Positions 33,955 through 46,923 of a stretch of DNA of 64,000 bases are shown here, piece after piece. The notes under the pieces were generated by a model. The model worked only from the letters and a program-made list of their open reading frames with translations, ran no database searches and was not told where the DNA came from. The translations under genes were made by a program, and so were the position numbers. Origin of the DNA: Microbotryum violaceum (taxonomy: Eukaryota); NCBI GenBank assembly GCA_001244265.2, contig CDLV01000006.1, forward strand, positions 1,984,001-2,048,000. Direction: 5' to 3'. Numbering within the stretch: position 1 is the first letter of the stretch; each line of letters opens with the position of its first letter.

Positions 33955-34830
33955 GGTGACTTGGTCGGAGTGGGGAAGTGGCGGCGTGACAAAGCGTGTG
34001 GACTGTGGAGCAAGTTCGAGTCTGAGTTGAGCCGTTGAGAGACTCGCAGCAGCTCGCGGGTGCGGGTGCGACAAAGTGCGGCTATTATATGCTTGCACTA
34101 TTATATAGTACCCAGCTCAGCCACGCGTCGCGACGGGCCAATTAATGACTTCCGTCGGACGCGAGGCGCAGCGGCTTGAAGCTTATACTATTAGGGAGTG
34201 GGATCACTGCACGCGATTGACCAGCGGGGCGTGGTCCCGTTGTGTGTGCGCGTCGACAGCGGTGAAGACTGATTCTGGGGAAGATGGAGGAGAACCAATA
34301 AAAAGCTAGGTCGACGCCCAACTTGGCTGGATCCGATCGTTTCCTTTCCATCCGAGCCTCCGAGGCGTCCGCCCTCGGCCGCGGAAGCTGGGATTTTGAA
34401 CCAGCGTTTCTACGAAAAACTTGATCTATTTTCGACAAAGATCTTCTGCTTCCCGTGTTCAAGAAAAATAGACTGGGACGCTTGTAGAAGTGCGTCTGGG
34501 AGTACATCCCACTGGCAATCAAAGAAGATCACCGCCAAGCCAATCTGTCGATCTCGAGGGCGATCGCGAACATCACGTGATCGAATTGGAGTTTGGGTGC
34601 GTCGAGTGGCGTTCGGCTTACGAACTGCATAGCATATACGTAAATTCTATTCAGCACAAAACATCAAAAGTGTTCCTTGCGCAAAACCTAGAAAAATTCT
34701 CATGAACAAAACAGGAGAGCTGGTGCGAAAAAGGGCCGAGATGGGGACAAATTGACTGCTAGCGGACGAGGGAACCGTCTATCGAGTGGTGCACGGCATG
34801 TGGGGACGAAGAAAAGTCCTTTGAATTGCC

Positions 34831-36539
34831 TCACTCCTCATCATGACCATCCTCGGGTTCAGGATACCGCCAATGGTCGATCGCATCCCTGGTGGCTTCG
34901 TAGACGGCGAAACTGGTCCCTATCGACGGGCCGACCTTGAGTAGGTTACTGCACGGCGAGATAATTGAGGCGGTCAGTAAATGTTATATGTATTCTTCAC
35001 CGGACGCGTCACTCACGGAATAATACCTGTGTTTGGTCAATCAGTGAGGGAACGTAGCTCCATCAGCACACTTCGCGCAAGCCTGAATCTCGTATAATGA
35101 CTCCCGCAAAACCCACCCTTGTACAATCCCTTAAGCCCCTCCTTCCTGATAATCGTAAATACCGCATTCCAAGCCCCCGAATACTCATAACCCAGGCCCT
35201 TTACTCCAACAACCTGCATCCTCCTCCTCAACACATCCAAAGGGTACGTCAACGTCTGCGAGATGCTCCCCGCCAAGGCCCCGCAACACAATTTCTCCAA
35301 CGTCCCCGGTGGATGTCCTTCGGCGTTGGAGAGGTATATCTTGAAGGATTCGTAAGCGGCGAAATTGATCGCAACGTAAGGGGCTACACCGGCGGCTGTG
35401 GGGGTTAACCCTCGATAGAGGCCTTTGAAGCCGTTCTCCTCCCGAAATACTCTGACCGTCATCTTCCATATCCCTGTGCTCTTTTTCGGTGAGTCCGATG
35501 ACAGCCCCAACGAGGCCGATTCGATGGATAGACGAGATCGAACGAGGTCGAGTGGATAGGTCGAGACGACCGAGGCGATCCCGGCGAGTGAGCCGGCGAG
35601 TAGGCGACGAGGAGTATCGATTTCGCTTCCATTTGATGCGAGGAATCCTTTGACGAGTTCATAAGACGAAAACTGGACGGCTGAATAGGGCATGATGCGG
35701 AGACAGTTGATGCCGTTCCCTTTCATGTACCCTGCGAAGGCGGCACAACAGAAGAGTTAGAAATTTCTGACGAGGTTCGTCCCTGGGCGCAGACATCACG
35801 AACCTTTGAAGCCTTCCTCCTTCCACATCTTGGCCAAACTAGGAACGATGCCTTGGTACTCTCCTCTTGTACCTTGGACTTGTAAAATGATCTGTGGGGT
35901 AGGAGGGGGGGGAGGGGTTTCGCGACGATCAGCTCGCCGAATTTGGGCCGCCCCCCATTTCTCTTCGGTCGACAACGTTCGAGCGAGTGCATGCCATACG
36001 TACCTTTAACCGTTCCAAAGGGGATACGACCGTTCTTGATGCAGCACCCGCAGCGGCTCCAGCTGAAAACGACGAACCCAGGGACGAGGCGTCAGTGATC
36101 CGACGTAGCCCGGAAGGAGGAGCTCGCGATTGGGATTGGGATGGGGAACTCGGAGAAACTGACCTATGAAAGCCGATGCGGGTGGTAGAGGGAACAAGGG
36201 TAGTTTGGAGTCTCTGGACCATGAGATAACAAAGTTGGGGGAGGTAGGGTTGGGTGGGATCGGGTGCGAAGTCGGTGGGGTCGCTGCTGCTGCTGCTGCT
36301 GCTGTATTGCTGGTCCCGATTGACCGGTTCGAGTTAAAGGTGAGTGCCGATGGCGCTGCCGATGGCGCTGCCGCCGTTGCCGCTACCGCTGCTGCCGCCG
36401 TGTGAGCACGACTCGTACCCGACGTCGCGCCGGCGAAGCTCCCAGTCGTCCCGGCTCGCTCAGAAACATGTGCCCATAAGCACGAGCTCGAGCCGGTCGG
36501 ATAGCTGGTGGTTGTGGTCGGATCAGGAAAGTGGGCCAT
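34831..36539 (-). CDS. mitochondrial carrier family protein (SLC25; YPR011C/SLC25A42-like)
   Basis: Three PX[DE]XX[KR] signatures (PLERLK, PLDLVR, PLDVLR), GNGINCLRIMPYSAVQF, PNLLKVGPSIGTSF; 10-nt microexon 35017-35026; stop at 34831. Confidence 0.92.
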
Positions 36540-36686
36540 GTTCCCATTGGGGGGACCACGCAAGAGCACGTGGCTCTGCTGAGGACGTGTTCACGTGCCA
36601 ATCACCGTCGTCCACTGCGTCCAGTGCACGCGAGTGTGAGTGGTGGTGAGCCGTACCCCGACCGACCGTCCCGACAGCCGACGTCC

Positions 36687-36741
36687 GACTTGGTCCGGGG
36701 GAGCGAGCCGGAGCAGTCTCGAGGGGGACCGACCCGGAGCA
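36687..36741. repeat. 26-bp tandem duplication upstream of the carrier gene
   Basis: CCGGAGCAGTCTCGAGGGGGACCGAC occurs twice in tandem (approximate coordinates). Confidence 0.7.
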
Positions 36742-37252
36742 GTCTCGAGGGGGACCGACCCTCGCACGTCGGGTGTAATGAGTGGAGTGGCCGATAAGCT
36801 GATGGATCAAAGCGCCAAGTAAAGAGTGACGGTCGAGGTGCCAAGGGCGCTAGACTGCTCGGGACTGCTGGGGAGGATTTGTGTAGATTTGTATGGGGTA
36901 AAAAGCGAAGGCACCACCGGTTGACTAGTCGCCCTCGCGTCGAATCGGGCCCAAGTCAGGCGGGTCCGAGCTCAGCCCTCGACGTCATTCTGAGGAACCG
37001 GGTGCGTTTGATCAAGGATGCTTTGGACGAAATTCTTACTCTTTTGTGGTGAACACTTTTTACAACAAGGTGAAGACATAGTTAATGAATCTTAGGTATT
37101 AACGCTCGAACGATAATAAATCTTCAGGCAGAGATGATCCGGGTAATCACGGGATTCGGTCGGAACTCAACCGCCGAAACTCGCGAACGGCAGAGAAATG
37201 CGAATGCGACTCTGACGAGCATCGGCTCCTCAGTAGTTTTGCCTGGCACGTC

Positions 37253-38495
37253 CTAGCCCATTGCAGCCCATTCCAAGGAGAAATACTCGACCTTGTCCTC
37301 TTTCTCGTCCCAGCTGGCCAAGAGGTGAGCCTTTTTCACCGCCGTCGCCAGTCGACCGTACGAGATGAGATCCAGTGGCATGATTTTTTGATCCAACGAC
37401 GAGAGCACGGTTAAGGTGAAATGCGAATGGTATCGTAATGGATCGCCTAGGGAGATATAATAACCAACGTTTCGGTTAGCCTTCCAAACCGCGTCGTATT
37501 GAAATCTTTTCGGGAAGAACGAACCGGGGTAAACCAAGAAATCGCCGCCAAACCTCAATCCACCTCCCATGAAATGACCTTTCCTCCACAGGTCCTCAAA
37601 GACATTGGACCGACTCTGTTGCAGCTGATTCGTCGGGTAATCCCACACGCCTGCCTCTTTAGCAGCTTCCAGAGTCAAATACGACGCCCAAGCAGGATCG
37701 TGCCAGGGTGCGTCGGTCGAGGAGCCCTGAATCATGATCGTATACGGCACACCGCTGAGGTCCTCGTTGGCTTCTCTTGTAGGTGCCGACGATGTCGACG
37801 CGACGGGTGATTTCGATCTCCCATTCGGTTCCAAGTCGGGGACATTGAGTTGCCAAACCCCTATTTCTGCTTGTATCTCTGCAGATGCGACTTCCTCGTC
37901 ATTCGCCCGTGTTTCGACGGGTTGATTCTTCTCTGATTTGAGCAAGCGTTTCTTCTCAATCTTGTCTTTGAAGAGGTGGGCCATCTTGACTTTCTTCTCT
38001 TGCTCGAATTGACGGATGTGTTTCTGCTGGGCTTGGATCGCGGATTGGCGTTGGAAGTCGTAGTGGGTCGCTTGTTCGGTCGTTGGGGGGTGATGCGCTG
38101 CTCGGTCGTCGATGAGGACAGCAAGGTCTGATGAAAGTGGGGTCGAAGAATGAGTTGGATTCTGTCTCGTGGATCCGGTCGTGGCAACAGGGCGAGAACT
38201 GACTGTTGCGAACGAGCAAGACCGTCTCGTCCGGCAGCAGCAGCAACGGAATCCCTAAAAACACGTTTTGTTGTCCGACCTGGGGCAGAGTGCCGGAAAG
38301 CGCACCACAAATATGATGATTCACTCGAAGGGTTTGCAAGTCTGCTGGGACGGGCGGGTCCAGTCAGCTTGCGATCCCGGTGCCCGCGAAGACTCAAAGA
38401 ATGGGGGTGTTCCATGTCGTACCTCGTACATCCCAGATGTAGCCACGTTGGTTCGAAACGTAGATCTTGATGCGCTCTTGTTCTGGTGGTGACAT
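37253..38495 (-). CDS. SEN34: tRNA-splicing endonuclease subunit Sen34
   Basis: MSPPEQERIKIYVSN, HHICGALSGTLPQVGQQNVFLGIPLLLLPDE, GGLRFGGDFLVYPG|DPLRYHSHF, GRLATAVKK, YFSLEWAAMG*. Confidence 0.93.
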
Positions 38496-38966
38496 TGTCG
38501 TCGGTGTGCGGGTGCTTGTCATGAGGACGGATTCGGAGCGATGAGGTTGAGAGGGGGAGCCTTGCGCTCGGACCGCCTTGGATGCGAGTCGGGCTGATCA
38601 TGATTTTGGCAGCCAGTGCACGTGGTGCGACACCCGCCAGTACTAGTATGCCCTTGGCCCGGAATATTTTGCTCCGATATTGCTGGAAACAGCTATATTA
38701 TCTGGTGGAAATGTTTAAGGTATGCGCCTCTGATGTGCTCTGGTGCATAAAATACAATCTCAGTCGTTCTTGACCGCTCGGCTACTAAAAGCAAGTCGTA
38801 ACTGGAACTCGACAGTTCTAGCTACTCAGAGGCTACTCAGAGGCTACTTATGGGGCTGTTCCCGTAAGGCATCCCCTTACCAAATGCTTCCGATCTACTT
38901 CTACATCAACGAGGAGTGCAGTGGACTGTGGAGCCGGGAGCGGCCCCGGGCAGTGGCGCGCGATTC

Positions 38967-38999
38967 TTCGAGCATGTTCGAGCGCCTTCTGGGACGTTC
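38967..38999 (+). promoter_or_regulatory. putative step-type heat shock element upstream of HSP104
   Basis: TTC at 38967, 38977, 38987 and 38997 (exact 10-bp period), about 300 bp upstream of the HSP104 ATG. Confidence 0.55.
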
Positions 39000-39292
39000 C
39001 TTGCCTTGCCCCGACAGGGCTGACAGACGATCGCCCGCCCGCCGCCCCACGCCCGAGGCCCCACGCCCGAGGCCGAGGCCGAGTTGCTCCTTCTTGCCTT
39101 TCTCCCTCTCCTCACCACATACACATACACATACACACACGTATACGCACACCGCGCGACACATACTTGCACGAGAACTTGGTACATCCAAAGGTACCCA
39201 CATCCGAGCATCCTCATCTAGTACCATACACCTCACTCAGCTTCCTACCACCGCCCCCACTTGACGAAACAGGCCCCTGAACGACAACCATC

Positions 39293-42200
39293 ATGGCCTC
39301 TGCCAATAACTTTACCGAAGCCGCTCAGAGGTCACTCGAGGCTGCTCTCTCCCTCGCCAAGGAGCATTCCAACTCACAGGTAAGCTGCAGGCAGTCACTC
39401 TTCCCCCAGAACGACCATCGCTGCATTCATGACGTCGACCGGACACGAGCTGACCTCGTCTCCTCTTCCACATAGGTCGCACCAGCTCATCTCGCCTCGG
39501 CCCTGCTGACGCCTTCGACAGCAGAGGGAGCTCAACCAGGACAGACCTTGTTCCACTCCATTCTCAACAAGGCAAGCTCCCCGCCTCCACCTTCACCGCC
39601 CCACCTCGTGAGCCACAACTGACCATTTCTTCCATTTGCTTCTTTCTCCCAGGCTGGCGCACAACCCGAAGTCTTTGCACGGTCCCTGGCCAAATTCATC
39701 GTACGCCTTCCCGCACAAGAGCCCGCACCCGATGATGTCTCGCTCTCGCCCGGGATGGGCAAGGTCATCACCACCGCCAACAAGATCGCCAAGGAGAAGA
39801 ACGACACCTTTGTCGCCCAGGACCACCTCATCCTCGCGCTCGTACAGGACTCGGCCATCACGAACATGCTCAAGGAGGCCGGTTCCAACGTTGAGGCCGT
39901 CAAGAAGGCCGCCGATCAAGTCCGAGGCGGCAAGCAGGTCAACTCGCGAGGCGCCGAGGACGGCTTCGAAGCACTGTCCAAGTACGCTCGCGATCTCACC
40001 ACCGAAGCTGAGCAAGGCCGGCTCGACCCTGTCATTGGACGAGACAACGAGATCCGACGCTGCATCCGCATCCTCTCGAGGCGGACCAAGAACAACGCCG
40101 TCCTGATCGGTGAGCCCGGTGTCGGCAAGACCGCCGTCGCGGAAGGGTTGGCCCAACGAATTACGAATCGCGATGTTCCACCGTCCTTGCTCGGTCGCTT
40201 ATGGGCGCTCGACGTCGGTGCTTTGACCGCTGGTGCTTCGTACAAGGGTCAATTCGAAGAGCGACTCACGTCCGTCATCACCGAGGTTGAAAAGTCTGAA
40301 GCGCCCGTCATTCTCTTTATCGATGAGGTGAGTTCACCATGAGCTAGGCTGACCTCCTTCTTCAACCGAAACTGACTATCTCCTCTCCTTTATACGATGA
40401 CAGATGCATCTGCTCATGGCCGGTCAAGGAGCCTCGGGCGGTGGGCTGGACGCCGCCAACATTCTCAAGCCCTCGCTCAGTCGAGGCAAGATCCGCTGCA
40501 TTGGTGCGACCACCCTTTCCGAGTACCGCAAATACATCGAGAAAGATGCCGCTTTCGAACGGCGATTCCAGACCGTGCAAGGTAAGTCTGACTGGCGTAG
40601 TAAAGTGTTTCGACCTTTCACTGACCTTTTGACCTTCTTTGCTTCCTACCGCAGTCAACGAGCCGTCGGTCCCGGAAACGATCTCGATCCTGCGAGGTAT
40701 CAAGGAAAAGTACGAGCTGCACCACGAGGTCAGCATCGCCGATGCGACGCTCATCTCGGCCGCCACGCTCGCCCATCGTTACCTCACCTCGCGAAAGCTG
40801 CCCGATGCCGCCATCGACCTCATCGACGAGGCGGCCTCCGCCGTTCGCGTCGCTCGGGAATCTGTACCAGAGGAGGTTGATAAGGTGAGCCCGGTCCGAA
40901 GCATCGCGCTCAATGTGCACACCAGATGCTAACCTCGAAAATCCTTCCCACAGATTGAGCGCGCCAAGCTGCAACTCGAAATCGAATTGCACGCGATCCG
41001 CAATGAGCTTTCGAAGAACAAGAACGACGAAGTTGCCAAGGCCAAGATCTCCGAACTCCAACAGCAAGTGGCACGCCTCGACGATCAACTCAAACCCATC
41101 ATGGCACGTCTGTCCGCTGAAAGGAGCAAGGGCGAGGAGATCAATACCATCAAGCGCAAAATCGACGAGCTCCAAGCCAAGGCCGCGGACGCCGAACGAC
41201 GCTATGACCTTGCAACAGCCGCCGATCTTCGTCACTACGCGATTCCTGATCTACAAACTCGTTTGGCAAGCCTCGAGACCCAGAAGAAGGAGGAGGATGC
41301 TCAGGCCAGGGCATCGGGGATTGAGATGCTCGCCGGCGACGTCGTGCTGCCGGAACACGTTCAAGCGGTGGTGTCGCAATGGAGCGGAATTCCTCTCCAG
41401 CAGCTGCGTCTCACCGAAAAGGCGAAGCTGATGAAGATGGAGTCGATCCTGCGCAAAGAGGTCGTGGGGCAGAATGACGCCGTCGCCGCCGTCGCCAACG
41501 CCATTCGCCTTTCTCGATCCGGCCTCTCGAATCAAGAACGACCGATTGCCTCGTTCCTGTTCGTCGGTCCTTCGGGAACGGGCAAGACGCTCCTGTCCAA
41601 GGCTCTGGCACGCTTCTTGTTCGATTCGCCTGACGCGATGATCCGAATCGACGGATCCGAATACAGCGAGAAGCATTCCATCTCGCGCTTGATCGGATCT
41701 CCACCTGGCTATGTCGGTCACGAGGAAGGAGGCACTTTGACCGAGTACGTTAGGCGTCGACCGTACTGCGTCATTCTCATCGACGAAATCGAAAAGGCGT
41801 CGCGCGAAGCCATTCTCTTGCTTCTTCAGGTCCTTGACGATGGGGTGAGTCGTTTTCGTGCCATGATTCATTCTTCAGCGCATGTACTGACGTCGCTTCC
41901 CCTTGCACATCCGCTCACAGCGCTTGACGGACTCTCAGGGACGCGTCGTCTCGTTCAGGAATGCCGTCATCATCATGACTTCGAACCTGGGTGCCGCCTA
42001 CCTCTCCGACCTTCCCGAAACGAACACCATCCCCCCTGCGACCCAAGAGCTCGTCCAAGGGGCGATCCGGGCCCACTTCCCACCCGAGTTCATCAACCGC
42101 ATCGACTCGACCATCATCTTCGCCCGCCTCTCGAAGGACCAAGTCCGTTCGATCGTCGACATCCGCATCGCCGAAGTCCAAAAACGACTACGCGCCAACG

Positions 42201-42499
42201 GTCGCGACATCACTCTACAAATCTCACCCGCGGCATTGGACTTCCTCGGTTCGATCGGTTATCACCCTTCGTACGGTGCTCGACCTTTGAATCGGGCTAT
42301 TCAGACCGAACTGTTGAACCCGCTTTCGAAACTCATCATTGATGAATCGATTCGCGATGGAGAGATCGCAAGGGTCGAGTTTGATGCGCAGGCCAGCCGG
42401 ATCGTCGTGTTGGGCAACCACGAACCGCTCAAGATGGATATCGATGGGGATGCCGATTCAGACGAGGAGGATGAGATTCAGGTGGAAGCGTTGGATTGA
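39293..42499 (+). CDS. HSP104: Hsp104/ClpB AAA+ disaggregase (multi-exon)
   Basis: [13 protein letters not shown], Walker A GEPGVGKT and [37 protein letters not shown], acidic tail EIQVEALD*. Confidence 0.97.
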
Positions 42500-42562
42500 G
42501 AACGGGTCAAGCCCTCGGAGAAAGGAGTAAGGGCGGAGGCAGTGATTCCGTTGAAGCACCAC

Positions 42563-42605
42563 GAGGAAGAGGAGGAAGAGGAGGAGGAGGAGGAGGAGGA
42601 GGAGG
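42563..42605. repeat. (GAG/GAA)n microsatellite
   Basis: Run of GAG with GAA interruptions just downstream of the HSP104 stop. Confidence 0.8.
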
Positions 42606-42966
42606 GAACGGAAGGGGCTCCGAAGAGGAAGTGTCGTCGAGGAAAACGTGATGGAGAAAGGGTCTAGGATCTTGGTGGGGCAGCTCCTAGTGTGATATGA
42701 CAGCATGGCAGTAGTTATGTTTCTTTCTGTTTTCTTGACGTACAAACCGCAACAACAATAAGCCTCTCTAGGAACTTCAGGAATAGGAAATGGGTATAGT
42801 TTTGAAAGAGCCAGCGTTTGATCTTGACCCATCTACCAACATCTGGGCAGCAGGAACATTCCGCAAAGGAGATACGAGCGAGTCCAAGAATGGATACAGC
42901 TTCTCGTTACATACGTCCGCCGATGAATTAACAACTAAAGGAACATGTACAATCGTCATACCCCCT

Positions 42967-45783
42967 TCACATCGCCTTGACCCTCCCATTCGCCGTCTTG
43001 CCCTTCATCGACCCGTTCTTCCTCCTATGCCCATTTTCATCAACCAAAGGTTTCCCCAACCCAATCCAAATCAACTCTACCGCAAACGCAAGTGAATTGA
43101 CGATGCCATAAAATATCATAGGAATCTAGATGGAAAGCAGCCATACAGTCAGTCGAGCAAGCTCCCTAGGACTTCAAATCATGAGTGGAGTGGGCTCACC
43201 ACCCCCATGAACAAATTGCCCAACAAGCCTCGACGGGTGATGGTTTCCCAAATCTCGGTCGCCACAACTTCTCGCATTTGTTCAGGAGCTGCAAAAGGTC
43301 CGACGAGTCGATAGAAAGGGCCGAAGGCGGCGCCGAAGCTGCGTCACGTGTGAGATGCGTGGTTTTTGAGCATTCGTGCAGCGCAAGAAATGAGTTGAAT
43401 GAGGGACTTACGCGTAGCAGAGCGTGACGTGCCATCCGTACTTGTTGTAAAGCTCGAGCAACGAAGGGGCGGCCCCCATGTCCTTGGCCAGGGTCGACAT
43501 GTAGGCCGAATGATCGACACTGCGTAAGGTCGGGCCGACGATAGACCAAAGATCAGCACAATACCTCCCGCGCCGAACGTAAGCTTAATGCCCTGACCCA
43601 TATTGAATTCGGGCCGTCTTGCTCGCTAATAACCGGTAGTGAGGTTCTGAGGTAGGAACGGGGACCTTCTGTGCGAGTAAAAGGGACCAAAGCATCGCTT
43701 GCTGCTCGGCAATGCAAGGAATCGCACCCACACCGGGCTGCGGAAGTCGAGGTTCGGGGATCACATCTTCAGCTAACCCAAACTCGTAATCACACAGGAT
43801 CGAATGACTTACTCGAACAAAGCCGATCCACCCAACACTAAGATCATGACTATCCGCGATCTCTCTCACATCGACCTCTCCCGGTCCCTTAGGATACCCC
43901 TCCCCTAACCAGCTCCAATCCTGCCTATACCCCGAACAAAACACGACCAAATCAGGTTGAATGACCTTCTCCTTCATCCTCTTCTCCTCGATCCTTTCAA
44001 TCCCATTCGATTGGGGCAAGTCCCGGGCAGGAGTGAAGTGCACTCTGCCTGTTTCGTCGATGTGGGAAGGCCACATGGCGAGTTCAATTTCTTTGCACGG
44101 CGTATCGGGGAGTTGAGGATCGAGGTAATCGGTGCGTAGGATGTTTGCCAAGATGCGGAAACGCGGTTTGTGAGGTCGGTTGATGTAAGGCATCGCTTTC
44201 GAGCATTTGCTGCAGTGGTATTCAGGATGCGGTGATCAGCTTTGGAAGTGCGCTCAAGCTACGAAGGTTCAATTGGTCTCACTTCAAGAAGACAAAAGCA
44301 CGGCCGTGTCGAGAAGGAGGCAAGGAGCCGACCCATTGCCCACATCCGGCCGAAGTACCTGTGAGGAACGCCATGACTCGCTTCACGAAAAAGTCCGAGA
44401 TGTGCCAGCGCATGCGGGAGGAGGCGATCCAGGGGTGTACATAGGCCGTCTGCGTGCGAGGTCAGGGAGTCAGCGTCGAAACGCGATTCCTGGGGCGAGA
44501 AGCTGAATCACACTGACCTCGAACACTGGTGGTCAATAGCGGGTGCGAAAGAACAGGGAGTCAGGTAGTTCACGAGATGTTCTTATGCGATAGTCGGGGT
44601 TCAGTACCTACGATTCGTAATCTAGCAGGGACGTGGAAAGGAATGAGACTGAGCATCGATGCGTCCACAAATTTCTGCGACTCGTGCAAACTGACCAGAC
44701 CATCGATAGGCAGGTTGCCTTCAAACTTGAATCCAAAGACACTAAAGTCATTGAGAACTTTAGGAAAACTGAGGAACCCTCCCCGATGGGCAACGGTGAC
44801 CTCAGTCGCACCCCCCTGAATAGCGGCGTATGAAAGATCCATTGAGGTCTCTCCAACTCCGAGGATGAGAACTTTGCGGTCCTTGAACTCGGATTGGGAC
44901 TTGTATTGCGAGGAATGGATGACCCGGACGCCCTCACGCTGGGAGGACTTGGGGTAGTCGCTCGTGGGTGGGTGGACTGGGAGGGAGGAAGGGGTCGTGA
45001 TGGGGGGTGATTGAGGAACGAGGTTCCGGGGGAGGCCTGGGATGATCGGAACGGCGGGAAGAACGTGGAGCCCTGTGCACACTGCGACCGCTTGCACGTT
45101 GACGATGGTCTCCTTGCCTGCGTCCAAAGTGACGGAGAGCAAACTTAGCAAGCAAAATTCTCCGGCTCTCGGCTCCAGAACCCGCTCGCTCTCCAGCTCA
45201 CCATCTGCATCCCGAACCGTAACATCATGGCCGCCTTTGCCATCCCTGTCGATCCTGAGGACCCTCGTGTTGAGTTGCAACCTCGACTTGTGTTCAAACA
45301 GGGAGCCTTGCCACGCTTGACCCGAGGTGGAGGCGAGGCCGAAGCGATCGACGTAACGTTTGAGGTAGGCGACGTATTCATCCATGGTGACGTGGTCGTG
45401 TTGTGACGGGGGAAAGCGGTCTGGTGAGAAGAATTGAGCGTGAGCTCGGTGCTCATGATCACGCCGGTGTGGGCGCGGACCGCAGTGGGAGCACATCGCC
45501 CACACTGCCGACAGACCCATGCAACGGAGCGCGTGCACTGACAATCGGTGAAGCTGGTCAACTGCTTGCTCGACACGAGCGTGCCGTTCTCGTAACTCCT
45601 CTGGGCGAACGTGCCGCCAATCTTGTCATCGGCCTCTACGATGACGGGGTCGAACACTCGCTCCGAGTCGCGACCGGCGGCCGAGTTGGAGGGGAAGTGC
45701 AGCAACGTCTTGCATGTCGTCAGCCCGGCTGGCCCAGCGCCGATGACGAGCACTCGCAGAGTACGGCTGGGTAGGATCTGCAT
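42967..45783 (-). CDS. flavin-containing monooxygenase (class B FMO), multi-exon
   Basis: FAD motif VIGAGPAG, LVSSKQLTSFTD, VCTGLH, IHSSQYK, NADP motif LGVGETSMD, FCSGY, IGFVR|PGVGAIP..AEQQA; ends ..GRVKAM* at 42967. Confidence 0.9.
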
Positions 45784-46923
45784 CGTTCTCGAGCGAACGA
45801 ACGCGCTGTATGAGGCGCAGTCGATCGAACGAGTGCTTAGTACGTGGGATGATCCGATCGGCAACAGCCCGAGGCAGCGAAGCCAGCCCGGCGGGACGAG
45901 TGCCCGCCATAGCCACTCCATGCCTCTCCAGCCTCTCCAGCCTCTCCAGGCCCCGCCGTGCTCCGCCATGAGCGCATGAGCGCATGAGTGCTGAGCATAT
46001 TAGTAAGCCGCCCGCGATGTGGGGGAGACCGAGGGGCGCACCCGCAGGCAACGGCACGCTATTAATTATAAGGAGGGCTAATACGGCGCGCTTGCAATTG
46101 GTGATCGAGTCGGGTCTCGCACGACGCGTTCAGCGTCCGAGATTCTTCCGCCAAGGTTCAGCTCCTGACAACCACACATCTCCGCAGCCATGTCGCTTCC
46201 AATCAGAGCCACCCGTCCATTCCGTAACCCAGTTATCTTGGCTACGGCGAGAGATCGTCCCCGGTCATTCAGCTCCACCCGGAGAGCCCGAGATGTCCGA
46301 TCCACCTCGCAGTCTATCCCTCGCGAACCATCGAGAGTCCCCGCCGCAAGATCCACTCCCAGTTCAGTCCAGCGTGTCATTGGTCTGTCGTATCCTCTTC
46401 CGCCTCTAAAACTGGCTTGCCCTGATTCGCAGAGGGTACGCTGCTCAGTTTCGCCGCTGTATTGGCCCGTCAGTACTCACTCTCCGCCCTCTCTGCTACT
46501 AGCATCCACTCTGATCCGGTATTCTCTTTCCTCAAGTCGCTCTCCCGTATTTCATCTTCTCCAAACGAAGCAATGACAAGAAGAAGCGCGAACGCCATCG
46601 TCAGGAACGGCAAGGGGGTGCCATGTCCCAGATGGCCTCGGGTGGGTTTCCTCTCAGTAGGTACGCTCATCCTTTGAGAGTTCACGTCTGATCGATTCGA
46701 CCCTTGTGACGGCAGGCGTCAAGATCGATATGGCTCAAAAGACCCCGTGAAAAGAGTGGATTGTCGCAAGAGATCATGTTGTAATACTTTCGAGGATATA
46801 TGTACGTGCAATTGCAACTTGCAAGTTCCGACTGCCTTTGTATACGGTCACTGGACAGAGAAGCTAGGGACAGACACTTCAAGCACAGATAGAATCCACG
46901 CTATGTACAACCCGCTCAAAAAC

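Noticed and set aside
36980-37220. Possible box C/D snoRNA between the carrier gene and SEN34
   Set aside because: A CTGA is present, but there is no good RTGATGA box or terminal stem; it is likely SEN34 3' flank.
37861-38601. 246-aa ORF over SEN34
   Set aside because: It reads through SEN34 introns in a non-conserved frame; the spliced SEN34 model explains the region.
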